Origin: Sphaerodactylus townsendi
Lineage: Eukaryota
Direction: 5' to 3'
NCBI RefSeq assembly: GCF_021028975.2
Contig: NC_059429.1
Coordinates: forward strand, 76,756,001 to 76,820,000
DNA length: 64,000 nt
The notes beneath the pieces are model-generated. The model was given only the letters and a program-made list of their open reading frames with translations. It made no database searches and was not told the origin of the DNA. A program made the position numbers and the translations under genes. This document shows, piece by piece, positions 1 to 11,866 of the stretch. Position 1 is the stretch's first letter, and every line of letters starts with the position of its first letter.

Positions 1-242
1 TTTATTATTGCAAGCCACCTTGAACTATAAGTAAAGACAGAATATAAATGTTTTAATAAATAAATGGTCTGCTTCCATTACCATCTTGAAGAATTTTGTA
101 CCAGTATATCATATTCACATTTTCATCATGGAAAATGTAAGCAGGCCTCTTAGAGGAGTTCCAGTATTATCGGATGACTAAACTAATCCTGCTAAGTATC
201 GAAATGCACCCAAGAATACATAATTATTTTCTCTCACCTTAC

Positions 243-1104
243 CTGATATAGAGGGTTGTTCTGACTATCAACTTTGACAATTGCCATTAATCTTTGCTTT
301 TCCCACATCCAGTATGCAAGGTTTGATTCAGGAGGTCCTGTTTGAGCCACTAGGTACTTGGAATCAGGAGAGAACCCCAGGCTAACAAATTCCTGAACAG
401 CAAAATCAAAGGTATTCAGAACTTTTCGCTTCTTGCATGGGACAGATGACAATTCATAGATTGTGATAGTAGGTTTATCTTGTACTGTCTCTGAAACAGC
501 CAAGTATCGTCGGTTTGGGCTAATAGCCAATGCCAGCATCCCCTGGCTCTTTTCTGAGCCTAGAAAGTACAAACAAAAAGCTTCAATTAATCTAATACAA
601 CATTTTTAATGAGTTGGAATGAAAGTGGCCATACATTTCATACCCCCTTCTTTCCATTTTTTATGTGTTATTTGTGTCCTGAATGCAACTCCTCCACATG
701 CAACTTTTTACCAAATAATTTGCATGACTGACTTTTGAGTAATATTTCATGTATACATTCTACAACTGAAAAGACAGCAGCCAAATCTGTGGGACAAACT
801 TGCCTATGTATGAGGCTGACAACTGTATGTAACCAGAGGTACATTTCAGATTTTGAAGTTGGGAAAATAGGTGGGAAATGGCATTTTCTTTCTTCATAAC
901 ACTGAGGGGCCAGGGAAGCGAGAAAGCAAAGTAAGAGGCTCGTTTACCTGGAATGAACTTCTGCCATTTCTGTTCTATGTGATATTTCATACAGTAATTC
1001 CCCGAGGGATACACTATTATTTGTTCGTCAAAGAAACAAATATTATTTGCTACACGAGACTGGAACCCAAAAACGTGGAGAGCTTGCAACACAATCACCG
1101 ACAT
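243..1104 (-). CDS. CFAP57: Cilia- and flagella-associated protein 57 (WDR65), first two coding exons; gene continues beyond the left edge of the window
   Basis: Coding exons 1104-948 ([36 protein letters not shown]...QKFIP-G, GT donor at 947) and 559-243 ([30 protein letters not shown]...NNPLYQ, AG at 561-560, GT at 242). Frame is continuous across the intron and matches the recalled CFAP57 WD40 N-terminus. A probable non-coding exon 1 ends at 1305 (GTGACG donor), with the acceptor at 1126-1125. Confidence 0.95.
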
Positions 1105-1304
1105 GACGCCTGAGGTTCAGCGACCTGTGCAAGGAGAGAAACAACAAACGTCAGAGTCCCCGCACAGCTGCCTCCTTGGGGTTCCTCCTCCCTTCCTCCA
1201 ATCAGCCCCCGTTGATGCTCTTTTCGTTTCCACGTCCCGTCCTGCCACAGGTCCCCAGGCTTCCTCCCTTCCCTGGGCTCGGCCTCCCTCGATGAAACCG
1301 TCAC

Positions 1305-1483
1305 CGACTTATAGACAGGGAAGTCGAAAACAAACAAACAAAAAAAGCCGAACTGGTTGCTATGGAGACGGCGTCCCAGAACCCCGGCGAAAGCGTCCGA
1401 GCGGAAACGGAAGTGCGTAACAGCGGGCTCTCAGGGTCCGGAAATAGTGGCATACACATCCTCGTGGCTCGGAGAGCGTTTTG
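1305..1483. promoter_or_regulatory. CpG-rich bidirectional promoter CFAP57/EBNA1BP2 with RFX X-box and ETS/GABP sites
   Basis: X-box GTTGCTATGGAGAC at 1356-1369; CGGAAGTG at 1408-1415 and CCGGAAAT at 1438-1445; opposite-strand first-exon donors at 1305 (-) and 1483 (+, GTGAGT). Confidence 0.8.
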
Positions 1484-1824
1484 GTGAGTAAAGGAGGGCA
1501 TTCTCCGTTTCCCGGATTTGGAGCGCGGTCTGGAAAGGCTGACGGGGAATTTCAGGTCGAGGCTGTAATCTTATTTTCTGGTCAAGGTTTTGTGTGATGA
1601 GCAGACAGGAAGCGAGTAGAGGTTTCTCTACCGGCAGATGTGGCGGGGAACCCTTCTACTGAGTTTTTGGTAAAGGTTCAGCAGCACTACCAAAAGCAAA
1701 CTGGTAGATCTACCCTATTTCTTTCACGCTCTTGGGGAGAGAGTGTGCTTCATTTTTTATCCCTTTCCTACAGCTTGGTGGCGGCGAAGTCCAGGTATCA
1801 CCAAACGCAACGCTCCAGGCAGAC

Positions 1825-4800
1825 ATGGAACAAGATCTCTCAACGTCCTCTGATTCTGAAGAATCTGTTGTCACTGACCGAGAGGTACGTTTGATTTTGT
1901 GTTCAAAAGCGAGGGGAAGTTTCAGGTTGCCCTGCCTAACGGTATTGTGAAGTTGGATCTCTTAGTAGCTTATGCTGACTGATGGTGTTGGGTATTTTTG
2001 TTTTATAGACTTATGTGAAAGGCCATTTTTTTCCACTTACCAAGGGCAATTAGGTGCTTAATTCAGTGGCTTAAAAACAGCAATGGCTTTTCACTGAATT
2101 TTTAGGGTAACTTGTGATAAAAGTCCTGGGGGAACACTATATTGTTTCTATATAGTCATAATTATACTTAATGATATATAATGTAGGGCATTATATATCA
2201 TGAGATAGTGCATGTTGGGTCTGACAAAATGAATTACAACTTTATAATGTTATTGGTCTCTATATTTGGGCAGGGGGGAAGTTGAAGAAAATACTGATTT
2301 GCCTAAATCAACTTGGTGAATTTGGCTGTGTTGAGTTTTCTTTCAAATACTGCACCTGTTCTTAGTGGTGCAACATATATTGAGTATTTCAAGCAAAATG
2401 TACTCCTGTAAGGGTAAGACAGCAATTTGGCCATCTCAATCTGGACTGTACTTCCAAGAGTTATGGATAGCTGAACTAATTTCTATGACAATAGTGTGCA
2501 TCAGTTTCCTGGGATAGTATTTATTTATGTGTCACTTTTCTTCCAATATAGCTGCAGAAAGCATTTACAAAAGGTTCATTAAAGCCAGGTCTAAATGTTG
2601 TGCTTGAGGGACGACCAAAGGCTTTCAATAATGTGGTGAGTAACTGGGTGATTATGACTTTTGTCGGCAACCTGAACTGAAGAGTTGTGAATTTAACATT
2701 TAGGTGGGGGATCAGTCACTCTGTTCAACTTGAGCTTAATACTTGCCAGCCAGTTATTCCAATTTTGGAATGGAATTAGTTTTTTAAAATGTTATACAGA
2801 GGGTTTAGAGGTGATAGCCAGAGTGGATTAAAAGTCAGTGACTATAAAAAATTAAGTTTTTTTAATTTTAATTGGATTTTTAAAATAAATTGCTTTGTTG
2901 AAAATAGTTTAAATAGTTTTCGATTCACAATGTCATGCACTTATAGAGATTTCTGTAAGATTATGTTGGGCAGTTTTTCCATATAGAAGATATTAATCAC
3001 AGATGGTTTTATCTTCTCAAAACTGTGAATTTGTGTCTGCAGAGCAAACATACTTCTTCTTCACATGAAAAATGGTATGAAATGAACATAAAGAGTTGAG
3101 AAAAAGACCTTAATCCCATTGCTCCTTTGCAAATCTTTATTCACAGAATTGACCTTCTAAGTGCTACATTTCAAGAAGAAGAAGAAGAAGAGTTTGGATT
3201 TATATCCCCCCTTTCTCTCCTGCAGGAGACTCAAAGGGGCTTACGATCTCCTTGCCCTTCCCCCCTCACAACAAACACCCTGTGAGATAGGTGGGGCCAA
3301 GAGAGCTCCAAGAAGCTGTGACTAGCCCAAGGTCACCCAGCTGGGGTGTGTGGGAGTGTACAGGCTAATCTGAATTCCCCAGATAAGCCTCCACAGCTCA
3401 GACGGCAGAGCTGGGAATCAAACCTGGTTCCTCCAGATTAGATAAAGGGGCTCTTAACCTCCTACCTCCTAGAAGATTGTTTAGAGTGGACTAGATCTGC
3501 ACAAGTAAGAGCAGGAAGGAGCAAGCAGTAAAAATGAAACCTTTTGAGCAGAATATTCCACAAGTTGTGAGATCTGCATGTGTATAGCCTAAGGTTTATC
3601 ATATAATATTCTGTCCTTGGAGGAGAAAATCTATAATGGCAGCAGGCTGTCAAAGAGACCCAGTTTGGGAATATTTTAGGTGAAGGTAAGACAAAACCCA
3701 TGCAAAATGGAAACAGTGAAACAAAGAAATGCAAGGCTTAGAAGCCCAAGTAAAAATGGAAATAGTTCACTTTGCAATAATTTCATAATTATCTATGTAT
3801 GTATTTCTGATAGTATAACCAAACCAATTATTTCTATATAACTACAAAGCTAATACAAAATGCTAATCTAAAAATGAAACCATCATCTAATTGTAAATAT
3901 TAAGATTATACCAGCAACAATGAGTCTTTTTGTAGAAAATCATGATTTAAATCTCTTACTGACTAGTGATTTAAATCGTGATTTAAATCGGTTTGATTTA
4001 AAGCACATCCATCCTCATTGCTGCATTGCCCCTTTGAATCATGTATATGGGGGCAGGTAAACATGTTACTGTTTATTTAGTGAAAACATTATATAACTTT
4101 TTTTGCAAATACAGTCATTTATTTTGTTCCCTTCAAATTCATCAGGCAATGTCTGTCTAATTTTGATTTGACTGTTATTGATGTTGGATGGGCATCTGAG
4201 AGTTAGCAAATAATTTAGGGGAATGAATATTTCAATTTGGGGGTTGTCTTAATGTCTTTAGGGTATGCTTGGACAGGAGCCTTTCAGATTCTGAGTAGGT
4301 AAGGTGACATGGAAGTCAGTGTACAGAAACTCTTACATCTTGCACTTAAATTGCTGTTAATGTGCTTCTTTCTAGGATGGATTGAGACAGTGTCTGTCTG
4401 AATTCCAGAGACATTTAGCCTGGGTAGAAAGGCTTGATGTGACTTCTCATCTGAAAACAAATGTTGCTTCTAGTCACATGCCTGACAAAGATGCTGTTGA
4501 CCCTGAGGATGACTTCAAGAGAGAGATGAGTTTGTAAGTCTTTGTAAGTGAATTGCTTCCAGGGAATTTTCTGGGTACACTTTATATACAGTGTTTGCTC
4601 CAAAAGGACAATCCATGGCCCACTATTTACAAGGACAGCAAGTTACATTCATAACCTTAAGCCCCAAGGCTGTCTTCAGATATGGAATGCAAATCTTTCT
4701 AGCAACCACATCTAGACAGTCAAAGTTGGCAAACAATTATCCTTTTGCTAGTGAAAAAAATCAGGATCAAACAGGGAAGAAGGTACTAACATTCCAGTCT

Positions 4801-7800
4801 TATCAACTAATAGTCTAGTGGTTGGGAGTTTCCCAGCTGAAGTACTGGTGTTCTGCTGTGAGCAAAGAATTCCACACACTGAATCTTGGGCTGACTCCAT
4901 TCAAAAGATGAGCTTGTAAGTCCACGTATATGAAATGTTTCCTGAAAACCTAGTATGTTGCACTGCAAATTGCATGCTAGTATTAATGTCTGTGAGAGAG
5001 GAACAAATGAGAGAAATGAGGATCCCAGGAACAAGAAAGAATGCTTGTTATTATTATTATTTATTGGTCTTGATAGACCACCCAACCCCCGAAGGGCTTT
5101 GGGCGGTGTACAATAAAATATAAAACAAATTGTTATGAAAGCAAAGTTTCCAGAAGGCAGTTGCCATGAGCTGCCTGATACTTTGTTTTCCTGAATAAGC
5201 CCTACCCCGAAAATAAGCCCTATCATGATTTTTCAGGATTTTTGGAAGATGCTTAAAATATAAGCCCTACAGGTAGTTACAGATCAGGATGGTGTACTCC
5301 CTGTCAATGAGGATGCAACTTGCATCACATGTGACAGGGAAGCAACGGAGCTGCCGAGAGCCCACCTTAATGAGTTGTGAAGGTACTGTATTTCCCCGAA
5401 AATAAGCCTGTCTTATTTTCAGGGAAACACGGTACCTCTGTGGAACACAGTAATGCAGTGTAAAACAAGACATTTGGGGGATGTGAATGAAGCCTCCACA
5501 AGACCCTACCTTGTCAGAGCATGAAATACACATATGTAAAAATGTTGCTATAATTCTTTCTATTTTCCCAGTTATCATCAGGCTCAAGCATCTGTGCTGG
5601 AAGCATTACCTCGGTTACATCAGCTCAAAATCCCTACTAGACGGCCTGATGACTATTTTGCAGAGATGGCAAAATCTGACCAACAGATGCAGAAGGTATC
5701 TATTATGTTCTTCCCTTCTTTCTAAGAGCTCAGGTTCTTCCCCCTGTTTGGTCTTCACAGTTAAGAGGTAAGCCAGGGTGGGAGTGTTCAATCTCATTTA
5801 TTCCTAGACCACCTTTCCGCTATTGCATTTCTTTATTATGAGCCACCATGTGTAGTCGTGCCCGCGAGGTCAGTGCAAGAACGAGACGAGACGCGGTGAT
5901 AACATCTGGTGGAGAGCGCCAGCAGCGGGAGCGCGAGTGTCCGTGTTCCTAGCGACTCTGCCGCGTGCTGGTTCTTGGCACCTTTTATTATGATTCTAGC
6001 GGGGGCGTGTAGAGGGGCGGAACGGGGGGGATTCCGGGAGAGCGGGAGAGCGGGAGACTGAGAGATCATCATGTGATGCATGATCTCACCTGGCTGCTAC
6101 GTGCGGAGAGGAGCATCAGCGTCTGGGCCTAATCCTCACCTGGGGGCAAGACCATTGTCCCTTTGTCCGGGACACCCGGTGGTTGTGAGCCAGGTAGTTC
6201 ATGACCCGTGCCTCATCGGGGGATGAGGGGTGGGGGAGCGGTGCGACCAGAAGGCCGTAGGAGCGCCGGTGTTCCAGCGCTCTACTTACGGTGCTGCTGG
6301 GTCAGCAGTTCATCCCTACAACCATGAGCCCATCTTTGGATGGGAAAGGGCAGGATTCAAGTCCAATAAAATATCCACATACACACATATCCACCTTCAA
6401 AATATGGTCTGATAAAGTACTGTGAGATATTTCTGTAAGTGTAATGTTTGCAGGAAAATTCCAAAAGTTTTTTAAAGTAAAAATGGAAGAAAGGGGGTTT
6501 CAGAAACTCCACAAACAGAAAAGTGATGTTTATGCCTATGCTCATCTTGCAACATTAAAGAAGAATGCTGACTTAGATCAGCAGTATTGGATTGTCTAGC
6601 AGCCCTGTACAACCATTGGCTTTCATTTCCTGTTCAGCACCTGTCATCTGTTGTACTTTGCCGCATTTTCCTGCCATTTCTTTTTATTCTGCTATTGAGC
6701 AGGATTCATGCACTCAGAGAATTTGCCTTTTCCTTCTCTGACTTTGTGCTCTCCCCTGTAATGGGCAGCATGGGGGAGTTCCTATTTTTTAGAAAATCAT
6801 CCTGGAAAGGTCAATCACAGATCCTAGCCAGCAGGATTCCTGCTGTTTTCTGTACACACATATGGCCTCTTCAATCACCATGCCCCTTCAAAAATGCCTT
6901 CTTAGTGCATTCTTCCATCCGGTTTAAATGCCATCTCTTCTCCATTTTGGAGCATTGCCCTTTGCTGTTTCTCCTAAGTTTGGTTTCTTATTTCCCATAT
7001 ATTAAAAATCAATTTGTTGTCCTGAATCTGTACTGTCGATAGGGTGATAGACTGATAGGATGATGGACTGATAGATGGATCCATACGTCACATGTTGCCA
7101 GCGCACAATCATAATACATGATTTGTGAATAAATTTCTATCTACTGGAACTGTTTGCTCTGCATGGTGTGTATTCCTGTTGGGGAGGGGGGTGTATGGTT
7201 CCCATCATAATTCATATTTGCCATATGCAGGAATCGCTGGCTGCAACATGATGTTCTTCACTTTCCCTGCAAAGTGAAAAGAAGGTAGGGATATTGGGAA
7301 AATGCAGGGATTCTCCTTCAAGAAGCACAGTGGCTTTGGAGCAGTTGCATAATTGAAAATCTGACCTGAAGGGAGATTCTGTTTGAGGCAGAGATTTTCT
7401 GTGTACAATTGACCAATGACTTTCAAAGCAGAAAAGATAGATGAGATACCACAGATAATTGATGCTGTTGTTTGTTGCTTCTTATATGAACTCTGGTGTA
7501 AGGTAAGTTCAAATAAATAAGATTTTGCTGTATGCAGTTAAAAAGAGATAAAGAGAGATTAATTGGCATGATCAGTAAATCAACACATCTTTTATTAATT
7601 GCAGCTGTTTGATTAGCTGAGCAATTGTTTCATCAGTTTTCCTGAGGTCCTAACTGTCATTCTCTCACATTGAAAATAACCTTTCACATAAGTTTCTGGT
7701 ACGTGAGCAAGCACAGTTGTTGTTGTTCTCTCATCAGTGTAAGTACTATAAGAAGCATATCTTTATAGTCTTTAAAGGTGGTGATGATAAATTGAATCAT

Positions 7801-10800
7801 TGTAGCTGGAATTTTTAAGCAAGAGGTTGTCCTGATTTCATGTGTAACAGCTAAATTGCAGAAATTATGGGCATGTCATATTTAGGAACATGGTACTCTT
7901 AAAAATATGCACTGAAACCTGAGAAGAGGTCATGGTCGTAAACTAATCCCAAGTGCGTTCTTGTTGTTTGGTCTTTTTCCATTAGATTCGTCAAAAGCTG
8001 AAGAGCAAACAAGAAGCCATGGAGAAGTCTGAAAGGGCCAAACAGCTCCGTGCTCTGAGGAAATATGGCAAAAAGGTGAGAGGATCCGAGATAAGCCACT
8101 GCCCTTGAACTAAAGGGAGAGAGCTGGCACACCAAATTGTCTGGAAGTCTATGAAGTGTACCCCTTTGGGAAAGGAATCTAGTTGCTAAGCATAAACAAA
8201 CAAGAATCTTGATGTGCAGTGGGAAGTGTGCCTATTTGCATGCTTGTGCACAAAAGGAAAAGAAATGAAACACAAGATGGGGAACAACTGTGATAGGCTC
8301 ATCCTCTGCTTCTTGATAGGTACAAACTGAAGTGCTGCAGAAGAGGCAAAAGGAGAAGTCTACGATGTTGCATGCCGTCAAGAAATATCAGAAAGGTGAG
8401 CTATTTCACATTTCTCTCCTGTCCTCCTCTATTGTGCTTTAAGAGGAGGGAGAAATGGCATATGAAGTGTCTTGAGGTGGGAAAACGGGTAGGAACCGCT
8501 GGTCACCACTGCAGTTAAGATGCCAATCGATGTAGTGAAAGATTACTCCGGCAGATGGTATGGGCTTTGGTCCTCGATTCTCAGCTCAGGGCAGCAGCTT
8601 GGTCTGTGGCAGCTCAGCATCTGTAGAGTCCACAAACATGAGTATTCATTGAAAGAGAAGCCTCACCTGCATTCAAGTTTTTTTACAGAGCTTATGGTTC
8701 TATGAAGCTTTTCCCTTGAAACTTGCTTGCCTGTTCTACAGCTTGTTGATCTGATTACATCTTTTGGTGAAAGCTTTAAATATTTTTTCCCACTCGAAAT
8801 GTGTTGGCTAGTCTTTAAGAAATTCTGGCACAGTCATGGTCTTCAGTTGATTTAGAAGGATGTAATTCTTCTTAAGATTGCATTATCAGTGTCCCTGAGA
8901 TGATATATTTTATATAAATTCATTATTACATGTAAGGCTACTGGGCCAGGAATACTAGAAAGAAGGGATGGCAGCTTGTACCTCTCTGTCTTTCCTGGCA
9001 GCCTTACTGATTATTTGAGTCTGTCTGGTCATCAATTACTGTTTAGTATTTCGAAGGGCACACCAATTACAGCTATTACAGCTGTATAAAACCCTCAGTC
9101 TCCATCTATAAAATGGAAATTACAGTGACCTATCATATGGGGTTTGGGAACATTTAAGAAGAGCTTATGCATAGAGATTTTGTCCGCTGCAGAATAAAGC
9201 CTATTTTGGCTTTCTTCTGTGACTTGGCAATTCAGTGCAATTCTTTATGTAGGTCTCTCAGACAAGCTGGAATTCCTGGAGGGAGAACAGTCAGCATCTT
9301 CTCAGGGCAAGAAGAAAGAGGGGACTGGAGGCCAGCTGATAAAGAAAGGGTAAGGCCTTTGAAGTGGAGGGAATTCATCCAAATACGCCACTTTCCTAAT
9401 TGTCACTTTTTTGCTTCAAGAAGTTCTGTAATGTGTACATTTGCACTCTTTTCAAAGAACAGAAATAGATGAACTGAAATATATTTACTATTGTATGTTC
9501 TGTTGGCATTCAGCTGATGTGCAGAATATTTCACTGAGAAATGGGAGACAACACTGAGCTCTCAAAAATATATTTTTGAACTATGTTTTGCAGTCTGAAT
9601 TGTTTGTTTTTAAAATACAAATTTCTGTTCTCTCATAAGCTTTAAAGCATAAAGGCAGTATGTATGAGAGTAAGCTTCATGTTTAAAAATCATCAGATTT
9701 CAAAGGAAGCTGCATTTGGGACTAGCACTACCAGGGAACTTGATCACTGCAGCTAACTAAAAGACTAATGTGGTGAGATGGGGTTGTGGAGTCAAATAAT
9801 CTGCTATCTAATGGTGTTCTCCCTGTGCTCCTGATAGCTGAATAAAATTTTAGAGCTGTATTTTAGAGCAGTGATTTCCAATGGGGCATTCGTTAGCAGG
9901 TTTGCCATTTTTGGTTTGACAAAGCATCCTTTCCCTAAAGAGCCATTTTTTCTTTTTGGCCACCTCATTGGCACATGGAGTGTTTTTTTAAAAAACCCAG
10001 GAGGCATCACTTTTGTGGCTGCTGGGAGCTGCTTCCATCATAGGAAAAGGTTTGGTTATAAGCCTCCCAACATTTTGTGACAGATCCCTGCAACCTACAG
10101 CTGAACAAGATCAGGGACTCCTTCAGATCATTGGTGAACTAGGAGGCAATTTGTTATCTTTGTTCATAAATGTGTGAATTGGAAGGCAGAGGCAGCAGAT
10201 GTTCCTCCTTTGGTGAGAAAGCAGGGTTGCAGGTAAACAGAAGCCTCATAACCAACCATCTGGGATGTGTTTTCTTTCAGACCAAATGCCAAACGTCGCT
10301 ACAAGAATCAGAAATTTGGTTTTGGTGGTAAAAAGAAAGGCTCCAAGTGGAACACTCGAGAAAGTCACAATGATGTGTCCAGCTTTCGTGCTAGTGTAGC
10401 CCACTCTAAGGGCTCCAGGAAAGCAGGAAAAAAGGGTGCTAATGTAAGTATTTGCCCTGGACAGGAATGAAGGGATAGACTGTTATTGCTGTGAGACTAT
10501 GTTCTGGATTAGTTGGGTGTAAAAGGCAATTTTGTAGTTTTAATAAGTAGCATCCATTTTGATTCCTCAAGAAATTCTTCCCACAACTGGGCTGCTTGGG
10601 GAACATATGTTCTGGGACTGAATAAGAACTAGGGGGCATTCATTGAAAATGCTGGGGGGAAGAATTAGGACTAATAAAAGGAAACACTTCTTCACGCACC
10701 GTGTGATTGGCGTTTGGAATATGCTGCCACAGGAGGTAGTGATGGCCACTAACCTGGATAGTTTAAAAAGGGCTTGGACAGATTTATGGAGGAGAATTCG

Positions 10801-11103
10801 ATCTCTGGCTACCAATCTTGATCCTCCTTAACCTGAGATTGCAAATGCCTTAGCAGACCAGGTGCTCAGGAGCAGCAGCAGCAGGAGGCCATTGCTTTCA
10901 CCTCCTGTATGTGAGCTCCCAAAGGCACCTGGTGGGCCACTGTGAGTAGCAGAGTGCTGGACTAGATGGACTCTGGTCTGATTCAGCAGGCTAGTTCTTA
11001 TGTTCTTAAGGTAATAGGAAAATCACCAATGCTGCATTTTTTTTCTTTGCAGAAGAGGCCTGGCAAAAAGGTGAGGCAAAAGATGAAGAACCGCTCTCGA
11101 TAG
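1825..11103 (+). CDS. EBNA1BP2: EBNA1-binding protein 2 (Ebp2, 60S ribosome biogenesis factor), complete, ~300 aa, 9 coding exons
   Basis: Exons 1825-1884, 2552-2635, 4376-4533, 5572-5695, 7986-8075, 8320-8395, 9253-9349, 10281-10443, 11053-11103 (903 nt), all GT-AG and in frame. Conserved motifs LAWVERLDVT, DPEDDFKREMSFY, PTRRPDDYFAEMAKSD and KRRYKNQKFGFGGKKKGSKWNT. Non-coding exon 1 ends at 1483; exon 2 starts at 1774. Confidence 0.97.
3173..3465 (-). mobile_element. tRNA-derived SINE (Squam3-like) with (CTT)n tail
   Basis: (AAG)n at 3173-3192 followed by the reverse complement of the same SINE body seen at 18743-18860 (+) and 47873-48135 (-). Family name is from recall. Confidence 0.75.
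5179..5434. mobile_element. Tc1/mariner-type MITE remnant (TA-flanked, AAAATAAG subterminal motifs)
   Basis: Palindromic TACTGTATTTCCCCGAAAATAAG...CTTATTTTCAGGGAAACACGGTA at about 5385-5433; related to the element at 32216-32472. Confidence 0.5.
5851..6320 (-). mobile_element. Solo LTR of an LTR retroelement/endogenous retrovirus (470 bp)
   Basis: Termini TGTAG...CTACA; perfect 6-bp target-site duplication ACCATG (5845-5850 and 6321-6326); CpG-rich relative to the flanks; GC box and TAATAAAAGG on the minus strand. Confidence 0.85.
10630..11008 (+). mobile_element. CR1 LINE 3' fragment
   Basis: Nearly identical to 25535-25915 (..[17 protein letters not shown].., 3' UTR, TTCTTATG tail). Confidence 0.9.
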
Positions 11104-11866
11104 AGAAAGAAACGGGTGAATTTTTTTCTTTGTAATGTTTGGCATTCTTCAAGAACTAGTTATGAAAATGGTAGATGCGACTGTCTGATATTGAGACTTG
11201 CACATTTGTACATGATGCAGTCACTGGTTGTTCTCTGCTGCCTCTTCTACACTTGTTTTTCCTTTTGTGAGACTGAGGAATTAAACAGTTTTGAAAAAAA
11301 AATTGTCTGCTTTCCCCATGTGTTTCTGCTGTGAGACCACTGATCCCTTAAGTTTCCTGGGCTTTTTTCAAAAATAGCCACAGCCTGTTCAGCAGGGGAT
11401 GTGATATCCTGTAATGGAGGGTTTCATGGGGCAGCAGGGGGAGGCACAGGGACTATTTGCGGCACTGTGTGGGCACACAGGACTGAGCAGATAGCACCAT
11501 CTTGCACATAGTCTATCGCTGTTGTCTGGGCTGTCTCTCATGTCAGTCTGCCTACCATTAAGAGCACTGCCCCCCCCCCCTTAAGGATTGAATAGAGGTG
11601 AACTTCCTCTATACAATGTTTCTCAATGTGGAAGCGATCTTCTATTTTGTAAAAACTTATAAATAAATATAGGAAGGCAGAAGTAATTGTGGCAGGTAAT
11701 ACTTTGGAACCGGTTTATTGTAAGCGCAGAAGTGTTGTATTGTAAGAGCAGAGATCTTTGTTGCCTACAGTGCTTGTTTTTCTGCATGAGACAGTTGGGA
11801 GGATGCAGATCAGAAATCCTAGATTAGTAGCTGGGGTCTGCAAACTCCTATGATGTTGCGTCCATC

